NCBI GenBank assembly: GCA_021845665.1
Contig: JAJZVO010000003.1
Location: 11,026-75,025, forward strand
Length of the DNA: 64,000 bases
DNA from: Bacteroidota bacterium
GTDB taxonomy: Bacteria; Bacteroidota; Ignavibacteria; Kryptoniales; JAKASW01
Reading direction: 5' to 3'
Part shown: piece by piece, positions 49,023 through 59,187 of the stretch
Layout: every line of letters starts with the position of its first letter
Numbering within the stretch: position 1 is the first letter of the stretch
Made by a program: the position numbers and the translations under genes
Notes under the pieces: generated by a model
The model's database searches: none
Told to the model about the DNA's origin: nothing
What the model saw: only the letters and a program-made list of their open reading frames with translations

Positions 49023-50240
49023 TTAAGCCTCGCTTTTATATCTTCCCACCGGTCCGATTCCGTCTGAATCTTCCCGGTCATAGTACAATTTGAAAAACGC
49101 CGCTCTCTCTCCGAACTCGACTTCATCCATCAGCCTCAATGACTCTTCCGGGCCGAGTACCTTCTTCCCATTTGAATGCCTACCGAAGAGCCTGTAATTC
49201 TTGTTGATGAAGCATTTCGAATCGGAAGGGAAACAGCTCTTCATCTTCGCGAACAACGCCGTGATATCCAGCTCGTGAACATTTCCGAAGCTCATCGGCG
49301 TAAATACGCACGGACTGACTTCCCCAAACGCGTCGACGTAGACCATCTTGTTCGCTGCATTGCAGCCGAAACATTCTTTCCCTTCGAAATGTCCCAGATA
49401 GTTGACGGTCATCTTGCCGGACGCGTTGTAACCATCCTGCAGCCTAACGAGCTTCAGACGATCTTCTTCAGTAATCACGCATCTGTCATCGCGAACAATT
49501 CCGGCGGAAGGCTTGACCTCGCTCAACCAGGCTTCGCTTATCCCGAGGCCTTCGAGGAATTTAAGAAATTGTTCCGTCCCACCGCTTCTTATCATATCCC
49601 GGGAGAGGACCGCCGAGATGCCGACGTCGGTGTCGCCAAGTTCTTTGAATACTTCGATGGCCTTCAACGCTTCCCTGAATGCACCACGGTAGCCGCGTAC
49701 CGAGTCGTGGACTTTTTCATCCCAGTGGTCGAGGCTCACCGAAACGGAGAACAAGCCCGCGTCCCTCAATCCGGCAGCGCGATCGCGCGTCAGAGCGCAT
49801 CCCGTCGTGAACAGTTTCACGGCGCAATCTTCGGATACAGCTTCCACGATCTTTATTATGTTTCTATTGAGCAACGGCTCGCCGCCGGTAATTCCAAACC
49901 AGACCATTCCCATCTCTTTCAGTTCAGTTGCAACGTGAATGATGGTGTCGGTGTCTATGACTTTTCCGTCCCTGCCCTTGTTATAACAGTACGAACAATT
50001 CTGCGGGCACAGATTTGTGACGGAGATTTGTGCGTGAGAAGGGCCTGCCGTCCGCGAGATCAGGTGAAGGTCTACGAACCTCGAATATGCCTTGCTGTTC
50101 AGCGGGGGAAGATGTGAATGCAGGATCAGGTTGTGACCGGCCTTCCGCACCTTAAACTTGTTCATGTAGGAACACATGAATCTCGTCAGCGACGGCTTGA
50201 CGTAAAGCATGTGAGGGTTGGATGCAAACACGCTCGCCAT
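49023..50240 (-). CDS. Radical SAM protein with twitch/SPASM-like C-terminus
   Basis: CPQNCSYC, TGGEPLL, GC.A...VDAFGEVSPC; start taken at MASVF after the TonB receptor stop. Confidence 0.9.
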   Translation of the reverse strand: MASVFASNPHMLYVKPSLTRFMCSYMNKFKVRKAGHNLILHSHLPPLNSKAYSRFVDLHLISRTAGPSHAQISVTNLCPQNCSYCYNKGRDGKVIDTDTIIHVATELKEMGMVWFGITGGEPLLNRNIIKIVEAVSEDCAVKLFTTGCALTRDRAAGLRDAGLFSVSVSLDHWDEKVHDSVRGYRGAFREALKAIEVFKELGDTDVGISAVLSRDMIRSGGTEQFLKFLEGLGISEAWLSEVKPSAGIVRDDRCVITEEDRLKLVRLQDGYNASGKMTVNYLGHFEGKECFGCNAANKMVYVDAFGEVSPCVFTPMSFGNVHELDITALFAKMKSCFPSDSKCFINKNYRLFGRHSNGKKVLGPEESLRLMDEVEFGERAAFFKLYYDREDSDGIGPVGRYKSEA

Positions 50241-50272
50241 CGCCGGCAAATTCCTCACCGCGGGAATAGCTC

Positions 50273-52771
50273 TCAAAACTCCACCTCCATCCCGACAACC
50301 GGTAGCAGCGCGAACTGGTACACAGTCTCGACGGTCCCGTCCGAATTGTACTGATAATACGCGACGTTCCTGCGATTGAGGAGGTTCTGGACCGAGAGAT
50401 ACATCACCAGTGTCCACGTCGTAAAATTAAATCTGCTCGAAAAGGCAACGTCGAGCCGCTGATAGTCCGGGTAACGGACAGAGTTGATCCTGTCGGTCGC
50501 GACCCACCAGCCGCTGCTCCACTTAGCGTCGCCTACCCTGTGCTGTTCACTCGTCAGAAACACTTCCGGAGTGTACGGCTTTCCCCTCGCGCACCTGTAC
50601 CGGAGGCTGATCTCCATGTCATCGGAAAACGGGAGTATATAGCTTGGGTACTTGAGATAGAACGGCATCCGGTTGAGCCCGGACCGGAGGTTGGCGAATC
50701 TCTTTCCGGCAATGACGGTCGCAACATAGGGGAAATCGTAATCCGATGTAAAGCTCCTGCCTTCCATTCCCATTCTAGGATCGTAAAATTTGCTGAACAT
50801 TCTCGAGATTGCGATTGTCCCGTATAAGTCCCGGACCAGCTTCTGTTGGACAAACACGTCAATACCGTAGACATCCTCCCTACCGACGTTGAGAATTTTC
50901 TCCGACCTGAAGGTCCGGTCGAAGAAATGCACGAACGCTTCGGAAACCGGAAGGCGCGAGTATCTCTTGTAGTAACCTTCAACGTCGATCTTCATTCCCG
51001 TGGCAGGCAGGTACTCGACACCCGCCACATAATGATCCGCTTCGCTGCTTACAAGGTATCTGTTGATTTCGGACTGGTACCTATCCCCGAAGTACGGAAG
51101 CGACGGCGTCTGAAAATATTTTCCGTAAGAGAGGTTCACACCCATCTGCCCCGGAAGGGTGTAATATGTGGCCGACAATCTCGGGCTGACGTCGCCGTTG
51201 CCGCTGTACGACATATAGTCGTATCTCAACCCCAGATTCAGAACCAGCCGCCCGTTGAGGGACCGGATTCTGTCGTTCATATAAGTGTAAGCCTTAAACT
51301 GTTCCGGGAACTGGAAATCATAATCCAGGCTCACGGGTGCGAGCGAAACGGTCGCGTCGAAGATGCCGTCTGAATTCAAATCGTACCGTGCAACATCTGC
51401 GCCCGCAGACTCGACGGACTTGAAATGGATAAACTTCATCGCCCCCCCGAAGCTGACTTCGTTAACCCGGTTTGCGTTCCAGATGAACTCCGAGTTCACT
51501 GCAGTCTCTCCATTATCCGAGTCCTCACGGTAAACACCCCTGCGGTTTAGAAGGTTTGTGTTCGCGACCTTTCCGCCTGCGTTGTAGTTCCTTTCCGTGA
51601 AGTCGCCGGTCACGTAAGTCCCGCTGTTGTAATTATTATCCGATATCGTGACGAAGGAAACGAACTTTTCAGACCATTTACTTTCCAGAGTCATGCCCGC
51701 AGCATATTGGTGCTGCCTGACGTCGACATTATAGACATCCACGGTATCTGTTCCTCCCGCAAGCAGCATGTTTACAGTACCCGGATCTCCCTCGATGTAG
51801 ATCAGATCATGGCCATAGATGCCGGAAAAAGAGAGCTTGTGGACCGGCGAAAGGTCGTAGACGACCTTCGACTGCAGATCGTAATATTTCGGTATGGCGG
51901 TAAGGCCGAAGGAGCCGGCAACCAGATCGACGTAGCTGTTCCTCGCAGAGATGAGCCACGATCCAGCGTCACCGTTTATTCTTCCTTCGAGTATCGCTCC
52001 GTATCCCGCCATAGAAAGGTTCAGGTTGCCTCGCAGGAGGCTCTCCCGGGATCCCTCTCGCGTAGTGATGGTCATGACGGAGGAACACTTATCGCCGTAT
52101 TTCGAGACAAATCCTCCGGTGGAAAACTGGACATCCTCGATGAGTTCGACATTGATCATGTTGATCGGCCCGCCGGAGTTATACTGATTGGGATAGTGGT
52201 TCGTGGAATGGATCTCCATGTGGTCCAGCACGGTGAGATTCTCGTCCGGTGCGCCGCCGCGGACAAGGAGCTCGTTAGTCTGGTCGGTCGTGAAAGAGAC
52301 CCCTGCCATCGCCTGCAATATTCTCTGGAAATCCTGGGCCGAGCCGGGTGATCGCTTCACTTCTTCGGAACCCAGGACGACGGTGCCCAGGTTGTTCTCG
52401 ACCGCAGCCTTTTCAAAATAATCCGGGGTGACCATCACCTGGCCAAGCTCGACTGGCGATTCGGAGAGCCTCACCACGATGTGATTTTCTCCTCCCGCCG
52501 TCGCTATCACATCTGTCTTCACGACCGGCTGGTAGCCCATGAGGCTGGCCTTGATTGAATAGCTGCCGACCGGTGCCAGTATCTTGAATCGCCCCTTCAG
52601 ATCCGTGGAAGCTCCCACCCCTTTCAATTCGTTGACGATCACATTGACACCGGCGAGAGGTTCGCCGGTTTTTGAATCCGCGACATAGCCCGTGATGGTT
52701 CCGCTCTGTGAAAAAGCCTCGCAGAAGGACAAGAGCAAGAGAGCGGCGACAGACACATAGCCTCTAGACAT
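50273..52771 (-). CDS. TonB-dependent receptor
   Basis: Signal peptide; ITGYVADSKTGEPL N-domain; VRGG..DEN plug; terminal Phe. Confidence 0.9.
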   Translation of the reverse strand: MSRGYVSVAALLLLSFCEAFSQSGTITGYVADSKTGEPLAGVNVIVNELKGVGASTDLKGRFKILAPVGSYSIKASLMGYQPVVKTDVIATAGGENHIVVRLSESPVELGQVMVTPDYFEKAAVENNLGTVVLGSEEVKRSPGSAQDFQRILQAMAGVSFTTDQTNELLVRGGAPDENLTVLDHMEIHSTNHYPNQYNSGGPINMINVELIEDVQFSTGGFVSKYGDKCSSVMTITTREGSRESLLRGNLNLSMAGYGAILEGRINGDAGSWLISARNSYVDLVAGSFGLTAIPKYYDLQSKVVYDLSPVHKLSFSGIYGHDLIYIEGDPGTVNMLLAGGTDTVDVYNVDVRQHQYAAGMTLESKWSEKFVSFVTISDNNYNSGTYVTGDFTERNYNAGGKVANTNLLNRRGVYREDSDNGETAVNSEFIWNANRVNEVSFGGAMKFIHFKSVESAGADVARYDLNSDGIFDATVSLAPVSLDYDFQFPEQFKAYTYMNDRIRSLNGRLVLNLGLRYDYMSYSGNGDVSPRLSATYYTLPGQMGVNLSYGKYFQTPSLPYFGDRYQSEINRYLVSSEADHYVAGVEYLPATGMKIDVEGYYKRYSRLPVSEAFVHFFDRTFRSEKILNVGREDVYGIDVFVQQKLVRDLYGTIAISRMFSKFYDPRMGMEGRSFTSDYDFPYVATVIAGKRFANLRSGLNRMPFYLKYPSYILPFSDDMEISLRYRCARGKPYTPEVFLTSEQHRVGDAKWSSGWWVATDRINSVRYPDYQRLDVAFSSRFNFTTWTLVMYLSVQNLLNRRNVAYYQYNSDGTVETVYQFALLPVVGMEVEF

Positions 52772-52973
52772 GACGTTTCTATGAACCCGTAAAATGATGG
52801 AATATTGCGCGAATGCCTGACGTTGTTGACTACGGCCCGTCCGCTCCGCTTGTTACAGAGCGGTCGCACTGAAGTCCAGTAACTTCGGTCGGTGCAGGGC
52901 GCCCATCACAAAGGGTCGGTAATCTTATGTTGGAGCGTCCGCCGGTAGGGGATGCAAATGCAGTTGAAGTTAC

Positions 52974-53435
52974 CTAGTGCATCTCCTCGACCAGGCGGCC
53001 ACAGCTGCAACATCTCCGGTCGTGGACACAAATTATACCGCCGCACTGCGGGCAGGTATACTTCTTAGTCTGAGCGGCCAGGAATTCCGCCAACCCTAAG
53101 GCCCTGATCTCTTCGAGATTTTCTATCACGCTCATGCCATAATGTTCCCTGTACCGTTTGTCCAGGTTGGATAATTTCTCGCAGGGATACGAATTGCAGT
53201 CGCAGCAATAGTCTATTTCGCTCTCGGTCAGCTTGAGAGTTCTTCTGCAGACAGGCCTCATCAAGGAACACCGCTTGTCCTGGGGACGGCAGCCCTGACA
53301 ATAAACTACACCCTTTGTTCGGGGAACCTTGCTAATGAATGCAAGATAGTGTCTGCAAACGGCGCAATTGATACCGCACGGGGCGACAAGCTCCGGATGG
53401 ATGGCTTTGTTTAAAGCGATCGCCATAACACGCAT
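52974..53435 (-). CDS. DUF3795-like Cys-rich metal-binding protein
   Basis: APCGINCAVC, CQGCR, CCDCNSYPC, CPQCGG. Confidence 0.8.
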   Translation of the reverse strand: MRVMAIALNKAIHPELVAPCGINCAVCRHYLAFISKVPRTKGVVYCQGCRPQDKRCSLMRPVCRRTLKLTESEIDYCCDCNSYPCEKLSNLDKRYREHYGMSVIENLEEIRALGLAEFLAAQTKKYTCPQCGGIICVHDRRCCSCGRLVEEMH

Positions 53436-53479
53436 GCCTCACCTGAAATTAGGCGGCAGCTGTGCAAAAGTCAAACTGA

Positions 53480-53542
53480 TTAGGTAACTACGTTTTCAAT
53501 GTCTTCGATGATGCGTTCATACGCGCTTCGCTCCTTTGCCAT
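53480..53542 (-). pseudogene. Possible 5' remnant of a restriction endonuclease gene
   Basis: ATG overlapping the MTase 3' end gives MAKERSAYERIIEDIENVVT* (20 aa). Confidence 0.35.
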
Positions 53543-54950
53543 TGCCTTTTACCTTTTCCCCCGGCCATTTCAGGAGGAGGACCTCCTCCCTCAGCTGCTC
53601 CCTGGTTGCGCTCGCAAACCTCGTCCGGAACAGGTCCAGGCCCATCACTTCGTATCCGAGAGCCTCGCCAATCTCGGCGAGCAGCTGACCGGTTCTTATC
53701 ATTACTCTCAGGTATGAAGCCTGGTCACCGACGACATACGCAAGTTTTGCGTTAGGTTTAAGAATCTTACGAAGGTCGGCAAAATGGCGAGTCATCCCTC
53801 CGAAATACAGCTTCGTGACTTTTCCGTAAAGCTTCTCGAAGCCGGAATTCTTGTTGAGCTCTATTCTTCTCTTCTCAATCGCGTGAGAAATTCGTTGTAT
53901 TTCTTTGTGTTCAGAGACCCATTTGTCGTCGTCATCGCCCTTGTACACGTTGCGAGTGTTGGAGCGAAGCAGGGATGACTTCAACGAGCGGAGACCGGTC
54001 TTGTCTTCGATGAAACCAAGTAATACCGACTCAAGACGGGTCGTCCTGGTATAGTCTTTTTCGTTTGGATAAGGGGGCGAAGTGATAATCGCATCCACCG
54101 AGGACGGCGGAATATGCAGGCCGATTTCCCGGGAATCTGCAAGGACCGTTCTTGAATCGGGGTAGTCGCGTTCCGAAACACTCCTCAAGTCCCGCACCAT
54201 CTTCTCAATCTCGGAAAGCCAGGACGACACTACGGGCGCATCAGACTTGACGGCACCGAGCCCCACTTCAGGGCCGAAGTGCAGATTGCTTACAGTGAAG
54301 ACGAGTGAGTTGGCAAAAGCGAGGAGCTCGTGCTCCTGTAATCCCTTGCTGCCCATATTCTTAATATTCTCAAGCAGGACAAGTGATTTGTGCAGGGGAA
54401 GGGGGCTAATCGAATTGGACAGCAGCATCTTCAGTTTTTGTTCCGGAAGAGTCAGGAGTTTACTCTCGTCGGGCACCTCCTGAAACAGACCGGAGTCATC
54501 TATTCCCTGGCGTTTGAGCTGCCTAAGCGTCTTCTGGGCGATTGCCCGCGAGTCATCCAAGAGCTCTTCGGCATCGACATCCCAGTTAGTCTTGACTTTG
54601 CTTGCGAAGCAGGCAAAAGGGTTTGCTTCAACACCGACCGTCTTCAGGCCGGCAAGCTTTCCTTCAACGAGCGTCGTACCGCAGCCGCAGAAAGGATCCA
54701 GAAGCACGTCGTCATCCTGCAAGGAGAAACGTTTTATGTAATCACGGACAAGATGCGGAGGGTATGAAAGGACAAAACGGTACCATTCATGAAACGGCTT
54801 GTCCTTTTCCTCTACCTTGTTGGCACTGCCGTTTCGCCTGGTGCGCTGATGGACATCAATGGATTAAACTGCATCTTCAGAGGTGAGCGTGAATTCGGGA
54901 CGCTCCTCTTCACGCACTTTTGGTTTTCTCTTTTGTCTGTTAGTCGCCAC
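53517..54950 (-). pseudogene. N4-C/N6-A DNA methyltransferase interrupted by in-frame TAA
   Basis: DPFCGCGTT and TSPPY motifs; HEWYRFVLSYPPHLV lies upstream of the first canonical start (TTG 54722); in-frame TAA at 54864-54866 below GTG 54950. Confidence 0.75.
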
Positions 54951-55062
54951 CGGGAGTAATATAACCTCAGGCATCTCAAGATGCCAAGTGAGTCGAGTAT
55001 CCTGACCCACGAGCACATGATGGAGTCAAGCTCCCGCCGAGCGCGGGGCCGCGCCGTGCATA

Positions 55063-55106
55063 CAAAAAGAAACCCACCAAACGAAATTGCCTGGTGGGAA
55101 TTTCTT
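55063..55106 (-). terminator. Probable terminator downstream of hup
   Basis: CCCACCA / TGGTGGG stem followed by TTTCTTTTT on minus strand. Confidence 0.55.
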
Positions 55107-55206
55107 TTCTGCAAAAGTTCAGCACAAGATATGCGGGACCCGCTCACTCATGTGTAGATGAGAGACGACGGCTGCGGATCCGCGTCAGTGCGCCTGGGAA
55201 CGGGTC

Positions 55207-55494
55207 TTACTTCTTACCCAACACTGCGTCTTTGCAAGCCTTCGCTACCCGGAACTTCACGACTTTCTTGGCAGGAATTTGAATCTGCTCGCCGGTCGCG
55301 GGATTCCTTCCGATGCGCGCTTTTCTATTTACGAGCACAAGCTTTCCGACCCCTGGAATCGTAAACGAATTCTTTGCCTCGCGGTACGCCAACCCAGCGA
55401 GCTCCTCCAGAAATCCGGTGGCGACTTTCTTCCTTAAATCCATTTTCTTGGCCATATAGTCCGCCACCTGGGATTTTGTCATTGCCTTTCCCAT
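55207..55494 (-). CDS. hup: HU family DNA-binding protein
   Basis: MTKSQ...RKARIGRNPATGEQIQIPAK; AAGGAG SD. Confidence 0.93.
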   Translation of the reverse strand: MGKAMTKSQVADYMAKKMDLRKKVATGFLEELAGLAYREAKNSFTIPGVGKLVLVNRKARIGRNPATGEQIQIPAKKVVKFRVAKACKDAVLGKK

Positions 55495-55738
55495 ACTTAC
55501 TCCTTTTAGTTTGTGAGTTTTAAACACAATATTGGGCAAATAAAGCGAAGATGCAATCTCCGCCGCTCGATTTACGGGTATCGGACGGGCCGGGCCCGCT
55601 CCGGTTCCGCACCATCGCGCCACTGCAACAAAATAGAATATCCCGCATCACGACTTCAAGTCCCGCAATGGCATGCGGTGTACCATCACGCTCCGGCATT
55701 CTGTTTCCGGAAAAGGTCAGAACACTGGGGCTCATGCG

Positions 55739-56818
55739 TCAAGCCGGCTGTTCGTGTGTCAGGCAATGAACGGTGCCGAGTCCCCAGACCAGGTCGAGCG
55801 CATGTATCCCGATTACAGGACGGTCGTCTATCAGCTCGCCGATAATTCCGAGGGCGAGCTTATCGTTCGGATCGTCGAACGCCGGGACAAGGACCGCGGC
55901 ATTCGAGATGTAGAAGTTGGCGTAACTCGCAGGAAGCCGTTGCCCTTTGAAAATCACCGGCTGAGGCATCGGAAGATACTGGACATCCGGCTTCGAGCCG
56001 TCCTCAAGCATGAAATCCCGAACGCGTTCCCTGTTCTCCTGAAGAGGTTTGTAGTTGTCATCCTTCGGGTTCTTCTCCTGAACAAGAAGCAACGTCCTCT
56101 TATTGACGAACCGGCACAGGTCGTCCACGTGTCCGTGAGTATCGTCGCCGACTATGCCTTTACCCAGCCAGAGAACGCTGGTGATACCGAGGTAATCATG
56201 GAACACTGTCGCGTAGTCGTCTTTCGTGAAACCCGGATTCCGAGATTGGACCTTCTCTTCGAGAAGGCATTCTTCGGTGGTGAGAAGAGTTCCTTTACCG
56301 TTGTAATCTATGGAACCTCCTTCAAGTACGATATGGCGGCCGTTGTGTTCAGGGAGGAAAGAAAGTAAGCCGAGCTTCTTCGAAATGAAACCGGGGAGAT
56401 GGCGGTCCTTCTGATAGTTCCGATACTTCGCCCAGCCGTTGAACTTGAAATTCACCTGAGCGACTCCATCGGAATTCTTCACGAACTGCGGACCCGAGTC
56501 GCGGGTCCATCCCCTGTCCGTCTTGAGACTGAAAAATTCGACATTGGACAGATCGACATTCGCAGATTTCAGAACCGTCCGCGCCTGTCGCTCGTGCTCT
56601 TTCGACTCGACGACTACTCTCGCCTTTTCTCCGGCAGAAATTCTTCTGACAATCTCCGCATAGACCCATGGTATCGGAGTGAATTTGCCTGGCCAGTCGC
56701 TTTTGTTGTGCGGCCACCCGAGCCAGGTCGCCTCATGCCGCTCCCATTCGGCGGGGAGACGAAGTCCGGGAGACGGTTTGTTCGGTTTAATGGACTGTGG
56801 TTTCATTTGGTAAGTCAA
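55739..56818 (-). CDS. aguA: Agmatine deiminase family protein (start may be ATG 56806)
   Basis: LPAEWE, WTRDSGP, LEGGSI, DDTHGHVD, GTVHCLT. Confidence 0.92.
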   Translation of the reverse strand: MTYQMKPQSIKPNKPSPGLRLPAEWERHEATWLGWPHNKSDWPGKFTPIPWVYAEIVRRISAGEKARVVVESKEHERQARTVLKSANVDLSNVEFFSLKTDRGWTRDSGPQFVKNSDGVAQVNFKFNGWAKYRNYQKDRHLPGFISKKLGLLSFLPEHNGRHIVLEGGSIDYNGKGTLLTTEECLLEEKVQSRNPGFTKDDYATVFHDYLGITSVLWLGKGIVGDDTHGHVDDLCRFVNKRTLLLVQEKNPKDDNYKPLQENRERVRDFMLEDGSKPDVQYLPMPQPVIFKGQRLPASYANFYISNAAVLVPAFDDPNDKLALGIIGELIDDRPVIGIHALDLVWGLGTVHCLTHEQPA

Positions 56819-56839
56819 GATTCAAAAGTTAAAAGTCAA
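56812..56839. repeat. Heptamer tandem array, left arm
   Basis: AAGTCAA GATTCAA AAGTTAA AAGTCAA. Confidence 0.75.
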
Positions 56840-57234
56840 AAAGACAAATATGCTTCGATAGGTTCATTCACGTGAGGAAGAGGGTCCTTTGTTTTCTTAA
56901 GCTTGACGACAATAGTCCCTGTGATCCTGGAAATTTCAACCGCCTCATTGAGGAGGTCCTTCACTTCCTCTTTGTCAACGTCGAGACCGTCCCTGGAAAG
57001 ATAAAGCCAGTATTTGCTTTCGTTTGCCGACTTGAGAGTAATCTCATTGAATTTTATGAAATCTCTTCTCGAATGGGCTGCAGTCGCCTCAACCAGATTT
57101 GCCCCCACCGAAGTAGCCGATCTCAAAAGTTGATCGACCAAACTGAAATGGATCCTCTTTCCTTCGAATGAATTCGCAAGTCGTAAAACCCCCAACGAGA
57201 AATAATAGCTACGCTTTCTTATGTCCCACTCCAT
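56836..57234 (-). CDS. Four helix bundle protein (23S rRNA IVS-protein / Avd-like family)
   Basis: DQLLRSATSVGANLVE...SRRDF...LKSANESKYWL. Confidence 0.9.
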   Translation of the reverse strand: MEWDIRKRSYYFSLGVLRLANSFEGKRIHFSLVDQLLRSATSVGANLVEATAAHSRRDFIKFNEITLKSANESKYWLYLSRDGLDVDKEEVKDLLNEAVEISRITGTIVVKLKKTKDPLPHVNEPIEAYLSF

Positions 57235-57270
57235 CTCAAGCCCCCCACTCCAAAAATTGATATTCACGCC

Positions 57271-57297
57271 CTACTTTTCACTTTTTACTTTTGACTT
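57271..57297. repeat. Heptamer tandem array, right arm (inverted)
   Basis: Reverse complement AAGTCAA AAGTAAA AAGTGAA AAGTAG. Confidence 0.75.
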
Positions 57298-58221
57298 CTT
57301 CTCCAGATCCTGCCTCTCTCCGAACCGTTCCTTGATCCCCTCATACGCATCAATCCTCCTGTCACGAAGGAACGGCCAGTTCCGGCGGATATACTCGATG
57401 CGAGATGGATCGATCTCGGCCATCACGATTTCTTCTTTGTCTACGGAGGCTTGCGCTAGAATTTTTCCCTGAGGATCTGATATGAAAGACTGTCCCCAAA
57501 ACTCTATGCCGACGCTTTCCGGGTTCAGCTTCTCCAATCCCACCCGGTTTGCCGCGGCGACGTAAACTCCGTTCGCGATCGCGTGTCCGCGCTGAACTGT
57601 CTGCCATGACTCCAACTGGGCCTTGCCATGTTCCTCCTTCTCGTGCGGATGCCAGCCGATAGCGGTCGGATAGAAAAGTATCCCTGCACCTTTCAGTGTC
57701 GTGAGCCTCGCTGCTTCGGGGAACCACTGATCCCAGCAGATAAGAGTGCCGATGTCACCGTAGGCAGTCCTGAAAGTCTTGAAACCGAGGTCACCGGGTG
57801 CAAAATAGAATTTTTCGTAAAAAGCGGGGTCGTCGGGGATGTGCATCTTTCTGTAAATTCCCGCTATCTCCCCATCCAAATCAATTACCGCCAAAGAATT
57901 GTGGTACACTCCCATAGCGCGCTTTTCAAAAAGAGGAACGACCACGGCAACTTTATGCTTCTTCGCGACCTTTGAAACCGCAGCCGTCGAGGGACCGGGA
58001 ATCGTTTCGGCGAGCTCAAAATTCGCGATGTCCTCGGTCTGGCAAAAGTATTGCGACCTGAAAAGCTCAGGGAGACAAATGACCTCGGCACCGTCTTTGG
58101 CGGCCTTTTCGACAAGCGACACCGCCTTCTTCAAATTCGTGTCCGCGTCCCTGCCGGGCGCCATTTGAATGAGCCCGACCGTGAATTTACCTGGAGTCCG
58201 CGCGCCGACTTGTCGTTTCAT
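57271..58221 (-). CDS. aguB: Carbon-nitrogen hydrolase, N-carbamoylputrescine amidase-like
   Basis: LPELF, YRKMHIPDDP, ICWDQWFPE triad; near aguA. Confidence 0.85.
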   Translation of the reverse strand: MKRQVGARTPGKFTVGLIQMAPGRDADTNLKKAVSLVEKAAKDGAEVICLPELFRSQYFCQTEDIANFELAETIPGPSTAAVSKVAKKHKVAVVVPLFEKRAMGVYHNSLAVIDLDGEIAGIYRKMHIPDDPAFYEKFYFAPGDLGFKTFRTAYGDIGTLICWDQWFPEAARLTTLKGAGILFYPTAIGWHPHEKEEHGKAQLESWQTVQRGHAIANGVYVAAANRVGLEKLNPESVGIEFWGQSFISDPQGKILAQASVDKEEIVMAEIDPSRIEYIRRNWPFLRDRRIDAYEGIKERFGERQDLEKKSKVKSEK

Positions 58222-58418
58222 TTCGTTTTGTTGCTCCGTTGATTTAAAGGCCGAGACTAAGATACAAAATGTGAAGGAAAAATCTTGGAGCAGGAAGGCA
58301 CGGGAAGTTCAGGACAGTCGGCTTTCGAAAAACAGAGATCGTCGCTTCAGGCCGTCCCATTTCAAGGAACCGAGCACCCCAATCGATATGGTGGGAGAGA
58401 AGATTGCCTTTCCTCAGG

Positions 58419-59048
58419 CTATATCTTCCTTCTGATTGCCATCGATTCCCTGCGACCGGTAACGGTAACATCAAGGTCTCGCAAGATCCCGTCTGCGATG
58501 TCGTAAATCCAGCCATGGACGTTCAGCTCCCGGCCGCTTTCCCAGGCGTTCTGCACAAAAGTAGTCTGGCAAACGTTCCAGACCTGTTCCATGACGTTCA
58601 GCTCGCACATTATTTTCTGTCGCGCCGGCTCGTCAGGCTGCGCATCGACGAGAGCCTGGTGCTGTCGGTAGTTGTCCCTTATGAACTGGAGCCAGTTGTC
58701 TATGAGACCGTGATTTGCCCCTTCCAAAGCAGCCTTTACCCCGCCACAACCATAATGCCCGCACACTATTATATGACTCACCTTCAGCACTTCGACCGCA
58801 AACTGAATTACGGAGAGCGAGTTCAGGTCCGAGTGTACGACGAGGTTGGCTATGTTCCTGTGGACGAATATCTCTCCCGGCATGAGATCGACTATTTCGG
58901 TTGCCGGGACACGGCTATCCGAGCACCCAATCCACAGATACTGGGGCGCCTGCTGCTTCGAGAGTCGCGTGAAGAAATCCGGATCCTTCTCCTTTATCGA
59001 ATCGGCCCATCTCTGGTTTCTATCGAATAGATGTTTTAACGTACGCAT
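58419..59048 (-). CDS. can: Beta-class carbonic anhydrase
   Basis: WIGCSDSR, HRNIAN, GHYGCGG. Confidence 0.95.
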   Translation of the reverse strand: MRTLKHLFDRNQRWADSIKEKDPDFFTRLSKQQAPQYLWIGCSDSRVPATEIVDLMPGEIFVHRNIANLVVHSDLNSLSVIQFAVEVLKVSHIIVCGHYGCGGVKAALEGANHGLIDNWLQFIRDNYRQHQALVDAQPDEPARQKIMCELNVMEQVWNVCQTTFVQNAWESGRELNVHGWIYDIADGILRDLDVTVTGRRESMAIRRKI

Positions 59049-59187
59049 TGTACCTCAATTCTATTTTGTTCGTACCGTTCGGGCTAAAGACATTTCTCAA
59101 GCATGGCAGATTTCAAGGACAGCGAGCCTCATATTTTCTAACAACGATCCAATCTGTTTAATTCTCCCGTTCCGGCCTTTTACCGGT

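Noticed and set aside
52772-52977. Cobalamin/TPP riboswitch before the TonB receptor, or a MITE (GTAACTTC/GAAGTTAC) near a CTAG stop
   Set aside because: No B12-box or TPP motif; the inverted repeat is only 8 bp with one CTAG flank.
56812-57297. DGR or CRISPR interpretation of the Avd-like gene and repeats
   Set aside because: No reverse transcriptase, template/variable repeat pair, spacers or cas genes seen in the window.
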